Source: Candidatus Latescibacterota bacterium
GTDB lineage: Bacteria; Latescibacterota; UBA2968; UBA8231
DNA length: 64,000 nucleotides
Direction of reading: 5' to 3'
Assembly: GCA_965215195.1 (NCBI GenBank)
Contig: CBDCDC010000001.1
Location: 1,207,908-1,271,907, forward strand
Notes under the pieces: generated by a model
Databases searched by the model: none
What the model was told of the DNA's origin: nothing
The model's input: the letters and a program-made list of their open reading frames with translations, nothing else
Position numbers and translations under genes: made by a program
In this document: one piece after another, positions 56,035 to 64,000 of the stretch
Layout of the letters: each line of letters starts with the position of its first letter
Position numbering within the stretch: the first letter of the stretch is position 1

Positions 56035-56319
56035 GTGAGTACTCCGATAGACTATACGCAGATTGCCAACGAGTTTCCCCAAGTCCCTGAGTGGATTAAG
56101 GTCGTGGAGTGGTCGCCTGAAGACGACTGCTACGTGGGCCGCATTGAAGGCCCTCTGGGGCCGTGCTGTCACGGCGATGACCCAGAGGCCGTGCGCCAAG
56201 AACTCGTCGAGATCGAGAACGAATGGCGGACCTTGCTCGGCCTGCCGGCGGCGGTTCGGGCGAGTACCGTTGAAGATGCCGATACTACGCGGGCCAATTT
56301 TCTTGGGAATCCGCCATGA
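56035..56319 (+). CDS. HicB-like antitoxin (orphan)
   Basis: VEWSPEDDCYVGR...GPCCHGDDPEAV..EL..I..EW; ATGA overlap with next gene. Confidence 0.7.
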   Translation: MSTPIDYTQIANEFPQVPEWIKVVEWSPEDDCYVGRIEGPLGPCCHGDDPEAVRQELVEIENEWRTLLGLPAAVRASTVEDADTTRANFLGNPP

Positions 56320-59159
56320 CGCCTGAAGAATTCATAGCCAAGTGGCGGGTAGCTCAGCTCAAGGAGCGTTCTGCCGCGCAGGAGCACTTTATCGACTTGT
56401 GCCGGTTGCTCGGCGAGCCAACGCCGGCTGAGGCCGATCCTACAGGTGACGTGTATTGCTTTGAGCGCGGCGCGAGCATAGAGGGTGGAGGAGATGGCTG
56501 GGCCGATGTGTGGAAGCGGCACCATTTTGCATGGGAATACAAGGGCAAGCGCACCAACTTGGATGCCGCTTTTACGCAGCTTCGGCGGTATGCGCTCGCG
56601 CTGGAGAATCCGCCACTCTTGATCGCGTCGGATATGGCGCAATTTCGCATCCGCACGAATTGGACGAATAGCGTCAGCGAGACCTACGAGATCGGGTTGG
56701 AGGAATTGGTTGATGCTGAGAAGCGCGATCTGCTTAAATGGGCTTTTTCAGACCCGGAGCGGCTGCGGCCCGAACTGACGCGGCAGGTACTTACCGAGCG
56801 GGCGGCTGCGTCTTTTGCAAAGTTGGCACAAAGGTTGCGCGAGCGTGGGCACGATCCGCAGGCTGTGGCACATTTTGTCAATCGCCTCGTGTTCTGCATG
56901 TTCGCCGAAGACGTGGGATTGCTGCCCAATGCGATGTTTACGCAGATGTTAGAACGCACACTTGGGCAGCCTGAGAAATTTGCCGAATATGCACGGAGTC
57001 TGTTTCAGGCGATGGCTGAGGGCGGCGATGTGGGCTTTGAGCCGGTCGCTTGGTTCAATGGCGGCTTGTTTGACGACGATGTAGCTCTGCCGCTGGAGAG
57101 GGAAGAGATTGCAGCGGCGTTGGCGGCAGCGGCTCTCGATTGGGCGGAGATTGATCCTTCCATCCTCGGCACTTTGTTTGAGCGTGGATTAGACCCGGCC
57201 AAGCGAGCGCAGTTGGGGGCGCATTACACGGACCGCGACAAAATTATGCTTCTCGTCGAGCCGGTGGTAATTCGTCCGTGGCTGGCCGAGTGGGCGGGGG
57301 TGAAGGAGGAACTAGTAGCTGACATAGAACGAGCGAAGGCCGCGAAGACACCGGCTGTTCGCACTCGACGCTACGCGGAGGCCGAGCGGCGGTTGCGGGC
57401 GTTTTTGCATCGGTTGCGCGGATTTACTGTACTCGACCCGGCCTGTGGTTCGGGGAACTTCTTGTACATTGCCTTGCAGTCGCTCAAGGATTTGGAGCAG
57501 CGGGTGCAGTTAGAGGCCGAGGGGTTTGGGTTTCAGCGCGAATTTCCGAGGATTGGGCCGGTTAATGTTAAAGGAATTGAGATCAATCCGTATGCGGCGG
57601 AACTGGCTCGCGTTTCCGTGTGGATCGGGGAAATTCAGTGGATGCGGCGGAATGGCTATGGCGAGGCGCGAGACCCGATCTTGAAGCCGTTGGATACGAT
57701 TGAGTGCCGCGATGCGATTGTTGGGGAGGATGGTAGGGAACCGGAGTGGCCGGAGGCAGATGTGGTAATTGGGAATCCGCCGTTTTTGGGAGGAAAACTT
57801 CTCAATGTCAACCTTGGCGAGGATTACGTTTCGAGCATTTTCTCGGTGTATGAAGGCCGCGTACCAGCGGAGGCCGATCTCGTCTGCTACTGGTTTGTGA
57901 AGGCCGGCGAGCACATAGGATCGGGCAAGGCGAAGCGCGCCGGCCTCGTTTTGACCAACTCCATTCGTGGCGGGGCGAATCGGCGAGCGTTGCAGACCGC
58001 GACTAAAAACCGTCCGATCTTTGAGGCATGGAGCGATGAGCCGTGGGTTGTTGATGGGGCGGCAGTGCGAGTGTCGTTGGTGAGCTTCTCACGACCGGAT
58101 GATGGAGCGGTGCTGGAACGGCGGCTCAATGGTCAGCTTGTTGATGCGATCCACGCCGATCTAACGGCGAGCGTTGATCTGACCGAATCGCAACGGCTGC
58201 ACCGGAACATCGGTGCTGCGTTCATGGGCGATACAAAGGGCGGCCCCTTCAATGTGCCCGGAGAGCAGGCCCGGGAATGGCTCCGCGAGCCTGCGAACCC
58301 AAACGGACGGCCCAATTCCGACGTTCTCAAGCCGTGGGTAAACGGCATGGACTTGACCCGCCGACCGGCTGACAAATGGATTGTCGATTTTGGCTGGAGC
58401 ATGGTACAAGAGGAAGCAGCACTCTACGAGGCACCGTTTCAACACGTAAAGGAGTACGTTTATCCCAAGCGGCACCGGAACCACCGGGAAGCCTACCGCA
58501 TCTATTGGTGGCGGCATGTTGAGCCGAGGCCCGGCATGTGGAAGGTGCTCGACAGCCTATCGCGCTACATAGCTACGCCCACAGTCGCCAAGCACCGCCT
58601 GTTCGCTTGGCTAGACACACGCATCTGCCCCGATCATCAACTAATCGTCATCGCCCGCGATGATGACACGACGTTTGGCATCTTGCACAGCCGCTTTCAC
58701 GAGGCGTGGTCGCTACGGCTTGGCACCAGCCTAGAGGATCGTCCGCGCTACACCCCAACCACCACCTTTGAGACCTTCCCCTTCCCCGCAGGGCTTTCGC
58801 CCGATATTCCGGCTTCGGATTACGCGAATGATCCGCGTGCTGTTGCCATTGCCGAAGCCGCGCGGCGACTAGTGGAGCTACGCGATCTCTGGTTGAACCC
58901 GCCCGAATGGGTGGAGTGGATCGGCGAGCCGGTGCCCGGCTATCCCAAGCGCCCGGTGCCCCGCGACGAGGCGATGGCGAAAGAGATCAAGAAGCGGACG
59001 CTGACGAACCTCTACAACGCCCGCCCGCAATGGCTTGACGACGCGCACAAAGCTCTTGATGCAGCGGTGGCAGCGGCGTATGGGTGGGAGGCGGATATTA
59101 AGGAGAACGAGGCGTTGGGGGCATTGCTGGTACTTAATCTAGCGAATGGATGCGAGTAA
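56316..59159 (+). CDS. MmeI-like type IIG/IIL restriction-modification enzyme (nuclease + m6A MTase + TRD)
   Basis: ADVWK..FAWEYK PD-(D/E)xK domain, [58 protein letters not shown]. Confidence 0.9.
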   Translation: MTPEEFIAKWRVAQLKERSAAQEHFIDLCRLLGEPTPAEADPTGDVYCFERGASIEGGGDGWADVWKRHHFAWEYKGKRTNLDAAFTQLRRYALALENPPLLIASDMAQFRIRTNWTNSVSETYEIGLEELVDAEKRDLLKWAFSDPERLRPELTRQVLTERAAASFAKLAQRLRERGHDPQAVAHFVNRLVFCMFAEDVGLLPNAMFTQMLERTLGQPEKFAEYARSLFQAMAEGGDVGFEPVAWFNGGLFDDDVALPLEREEIAAALAAAALDWAEIDPSILGTLFERGLDPAKRAQLGAHYTDRDKIMLLVEPVVIRPWLAEWAGVKEELVADIERAKAAKTPAVRTRRYAEAERRLRAFLHRLRGFTVLDPACGSGNFLYIALQSLKDLEQRVQLEAEGFGFQREFPRIGPVNVKGIEINPYAAELARVSVWIGEIQWMRRNGYGEARDPILKPLDTIECRDAIVGEDGREPEWPEADVVIGNPPFLGGKLLNVNLGEDYVSSIFSVYEGRVPAEADLVCYWFVKAGEHIGSGKAKRAGLVLTNSIRGGANRRALQTATKNRPIFEAWSDEPWVVDGAAVRVSLVSFSRPDDGAVLERRLNGQLVDAIHADLTASVDLTESQRLHRNIGAAFMGDTKGGPFNVPGEQAREWLREPANPNGRPNSDVLKPWVNGMDLTRRPADKWIVDFGWSMVQEEAALYEAPFQHVKEYVYPKRHRNHREAYRIYWWRHVEPRPGMWKVLDSLSRYIATPTVAKHRLFAWLDTRICPDHQLIVIARDDDTTFGILHSRFHEAWSLRLGTSLEDRPRYTPTTTFETFPFPAGLSPDIPASDYANDPRAVAIAEAARRLVELRDLWLNPPEWVEWIGEPVPGYPKRPVPRDEAMAKEIKKRTLTNLYNARPQWLDDAHKALDAAVAAAYGWEADIKENEALGALLVLNLANGCE

Positions 59160-59184
59160 GCCGCTCTTAACAACGGGAAACGAC

Positions 59185-61241
<2,057 letters not shown>

Positions 61242-61245
<4 letters not shown>

Positions 61246-62195
61246 GCAAGCTCAAAACCGCAGACGACATGTTGCAGCTAGTGGGGGACACGCCCCTCGT
61301 GCGCCTCTACCGCGTCGCACCTGCCAATGGCAGCCAACTCTACGGCAAACTCGAAGCGCGCAATCCAACCGGTAGCGTCAAAGACCGCATCGGCGGCGGC
61401 ATGATCCGTGCGGCCGAGGCGGCCGGCCAGCTCAAAAAGGGCATGACCATCGTCGAGCCTACCAGCGGCAACACCGGGATCGCGCTGGCTCTCGCCGCGG
61501 CCGTACTGGGCTACCGGCTGGTGCTGACCATGCCCGAGAGCATGAGCTTGGAGCGGCGGCAAGTCATGGCCAGTTACGGCGCGGAGATCGCCCTGACGCC
61601 CGCGGCCGAAGACATGGCTGGGGCCATCCGCAAGGCCGAAGAACTCAAGGCCGCCGATCCCGAGGGCGTGTTTATTCCCCAGCAATTTGCCAACCCGGCC
61701 AACCCGGAGGCCCATCGCCGGGCCACGGCCGAGGAAATTCTCGCGGCCACCGGAGGTGCGCTAGACGCCTTTGTCGCCGGGGTGGGAACGGGCGGCACCA
61801 TAACCGGCGTTGGGGCGGTGCTCAAGCAGGCCATACCGGCTGTGCGCGTCGTGGCGGTTGAGCCTAAGCGCTCGCCGGTGCTGTCGGGGGGCGCAGCCGA
61901 CCTGCACGGCATTCAGGGGATTGGCGCGGGTTTTGTCCCCGAAGTTCTCGACCGGGCGTTGATCGACCAGATCGTGCAGATAGACGACGACGAGGCTTTT
62001 CACTACACCCGCCGCTTGGCCCGCGAGGAAGGGTTGCTGTTGGGGCCTTCGTCCGGGGCCAATGTGGCGGCCAGCTTGCAGGTGGCCAGCGCGCTGGGCC
62101 CGGAGGCCCGGCTGGTGACCATGCTCTGCGACACTGGATTTCGCTATTTCAGCGTCGATGGGTTTATCGACTCAGTAGAGTCAGCGCAGGAGTAA
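61242..62195 (+). CDS. cysK: Cysteine synthase
   Basis: [53 protein letters not shown]. Confidence 0.93.
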
Positions 62196-64000
62196 CATCT
62201 TCGTGGCTTGGCGGGCCGCGCCGGCGCGCATGATGAGCAAGTAGGTGCCGCTGGCCAGCGCCCGTCCCTGATCGTCCTTTCCATCCCAATAAATCTGATG
62301 CGTCCCGGCTTCCCGCTGCTGGCGCAAAAGGGTGCGCACGGCTTGGCCAAGGGCGTTGTACACGCGCAGTTCTACCAAGGCACCGGCGGCGAGTGCGTAG
62401 GTGATTTGCGTCGAGCCATTGAAGGGGTTGGGAAAGGCCGGCGCAAGGGCGGAGTGGGTCGGGTGGGTCGGGTGTTGAACCACGGCCGCGGGCCAAACCG
62501 GCGGTGCCAGCGCAATGCCGCGTGGATTCTGGCCGGTTGCGTAGCGGCCGACGACGGTGTCGCGCACGGCATCGACGATGTGGATCTCATTGGAAAAGGA
62601 ACTAGTGACGTACGCCTGCGTACCGTCGGGCGAGAAGGCAATGGCCCGTGGATTGCGGCCGATGGCGAGCTTTTTGTGCAGTATTCCGCTGGCGGCATCC
62701 ACGACTAGGAGGGCGCCTTCGTCGTGTGCGGTCAAATAGAGCTTGCGGCCGTCGGGACTGGGCGCGATGGCAAAGGTGCCGCTGACGCCTAAGTCGGTGG
62801 AGCGCGAGACGGTTGCGCCGGCGACGTCAATGGCGGTCAAGCGGCCGGTGCTCATGCTGGTCGCGTAAAGCGTCTTGCCGTCGGGCGCAAGAGCGAGGGA
62901 GCGGGGTTTGGGCGCTACTGGGATGCGGCCGGTTATGCGGCCTTGCGGCGAGAGGACGAGGACGCGGCTGCCAGCGATGTCGCTGGTGAATATCTTGTCG
63001 GCGGTGGCGGCGACCCCGTACATCCCTTCACTTGTGCTGGCGAGCGCAACGGTGCGCACTTGGCCCGATTCGACATCCACGATGGTCAGCGCACTCGTGC
63101 CCGAGTTGGTCGCGTAGAGCGTTTTGCCGTCGGGCGCGAGGGCCATGTCGAGGGGCTGGACAGCGGTTTCGATGTGCGCCTGAACTTGGAAGGTGGCGAT
63201 GTCGATGACGCGGAGGTCGTGCGACGAGAGGTTGGACACGAAGAGTTGGTCGCCGGCTAGGAGTACTTGGATTGGCTCATCGCCGACCGGGATGCGCGCT
63301 AGCTCGCGGCGGGTGTCCGCATCCACGACGCCGATGGCGTCGTCGCCGCGCAAGGCGGTAAAGGCCAGCGGCCCTCCGGTCAGCTCGACGATGGTGAAGT
63401 CGAGCCAAGCGTCTGCGTAGGGAAAGTGCGAGACCTTGCCGTCGGCACCGCGGGCTTCGATCTGATAGGCGATGTGTGCGCCGGTGTGCTGCCCGGGAAT
63501 TTGGGCGACGAAGAGGCCGTCTCGCTCCTGCATCTGCAGGTGCTGTATGCTTCCTCCGTCGATCCGATAGAGGAGCCACGCGCTGGCGGCATCGCGGGCT
63601 TCGACGCGCACGGGATAAGGGCCTTGGGTATCGGGGGTGTTGGTGACCAGCGCTACCGGGCGGACGAAGGGATAGCCGGGCACGGCAAAACCGGTGGTGA
63701 AATCGACATCGCCGATGTGCTCGGCGGCGGCCAAGTCGAGGATGCGGGCATAGGCGTCGTCGCGGGCGTTGTCGTAAAACTCTGTGGGGAATCCAGTGGC
63801 AAAATCAGTGAAAACACCGCCGAAATTATCTTCGTTGATCGCCCCGGCAATGGGCGCGAGGTTCAGGCGGTAGCGGCCCGGGGTCAAGCCGTGCAGCCGG
63901 TAGCGACCGACCGTGGCAGCGGTTAGATCGGCACCCGAGACGGTGCTGAACAGTTCGCCGGTGTCGAGGTTTTCGGCTTGGATATGGGTGCCGAAGAGCG
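62181..64000 (-). CDS. Secreted YVTN beta-propeller protein with C-terminal PNPFN/FlgD-Ig (T9SS-like) domain; 5' end outside window
   Basis: Repeated xPDG..LY units; FPNPFN.ST.I.Y, YN.LGQ.VR.L, WDGKD..G...SG.Y, KMLLLR; frame stays open to the window edge. Confidence 0.85.
   Translation of the reverse strand, partial: LFGTHIQAENLDTGELFSTVSGADLTAATVGRYRLHGLTPGRYRLNLAPIAGAINEDNFGGVFTDFATGFPTEFYDNARDDAYARILDLAAAEHIGDVDFTTGFAVPGYPFVRPVALVTNTPDTQGPYPVRVEARDAASAWLLYRIDGGSIQHLQMQERDGLFVAQIPGQHTGAHIAYQIEARGADGKVSHFPYADAWLDFTIVELTGGPLAFTALRGDDAIGVVDADTRRELARIPVGDEPIQVLLAGDQLFVSNLSSHDLRVIDIATFQVQAHIETAVQPLDMALAPDGKTLYATNSGTSALTIVDVESGQVRTVALASTSEGMYGVAATADKIFTSDIAGSRVLVLSPQGRITGRIPVAPKPRSLALAPDGKTLYATSMSTGRLTAIDVAGATVSRSTDLGVSGTFAIAPSPDGRKLYLTAHDEGALLVVDAASGILHKKLAIGRNPRAIAFSPDGTQAYVTSSFSNEIHIVDAVRDTVVGRYATGQNPRGIALAPPVWPAAVVQHPTHPTHSALAPAFPNPFNGSTQITYALAAGALVELRVYNALGQAVRTLLRQQREAGTHQIYWDGKDDQGRALASGTYLLIMRAGAARQATKMLLLR

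Noticed and set aside
55935-56038. Possible HicA toxin remnant upstream of hicB (LLKQKLAEVERRKASE*)
   Set aside because: Position fits, but the fragment is too short and lacks the diagnostic GSH motif.

Overview
GC-rich bacterial chromosomal window, probably an FCB-group organism such as Latescibacterota or Gemmatimonadota (inferred from a PNPFN/FlgD-Ig C-terminal sorting domain and the sulfatase, PhyH and GHL10 content). A housekeeping core at about 15.5-39 kb holds hemC, cobA-hemD, glnA, hrcA-grpE-dnaJ-mrp-prmA-aroQ, an rnhB-yraN fusion, pyrC, ecfA, queA, ispDF and rplM-rpsI-rpsB-tsf-frr. It is flanked by accessory regions (0-15.5 kb and 39-60 kb) with catabolic enzymes, AT-richer acquired genes, tRNA-Ala(UGC), a family of REP/MITE-like repeats and many short gene scars (Dcm, BrnT, HicB, VapC, GtrB, ECF sigma, AKR and Kelch fragments). 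The best leads are: (1) a 53.9-59.2 kb locus with a tail-less SSB behind a sigma-54 promoter, divergent from a fused HsdM-single-TRD methyltransferase, an orphan HicB and an MmeI-like type IIG enzyme; (2) an in-frame RNase HII-YraN nuclease fusion; (3) a three-gene module bracketed by direct copies of a dispersed ~17-bp repeat next to the tRNA; (4) an Apea-like HEPN protein; (5) a sulfatase-fold enzyme with Thr at the nucleophile position. No CRISPR array, rRNA or intact transposase/integrase was seen. All product calls come from motif recognition by eye, not database searches.
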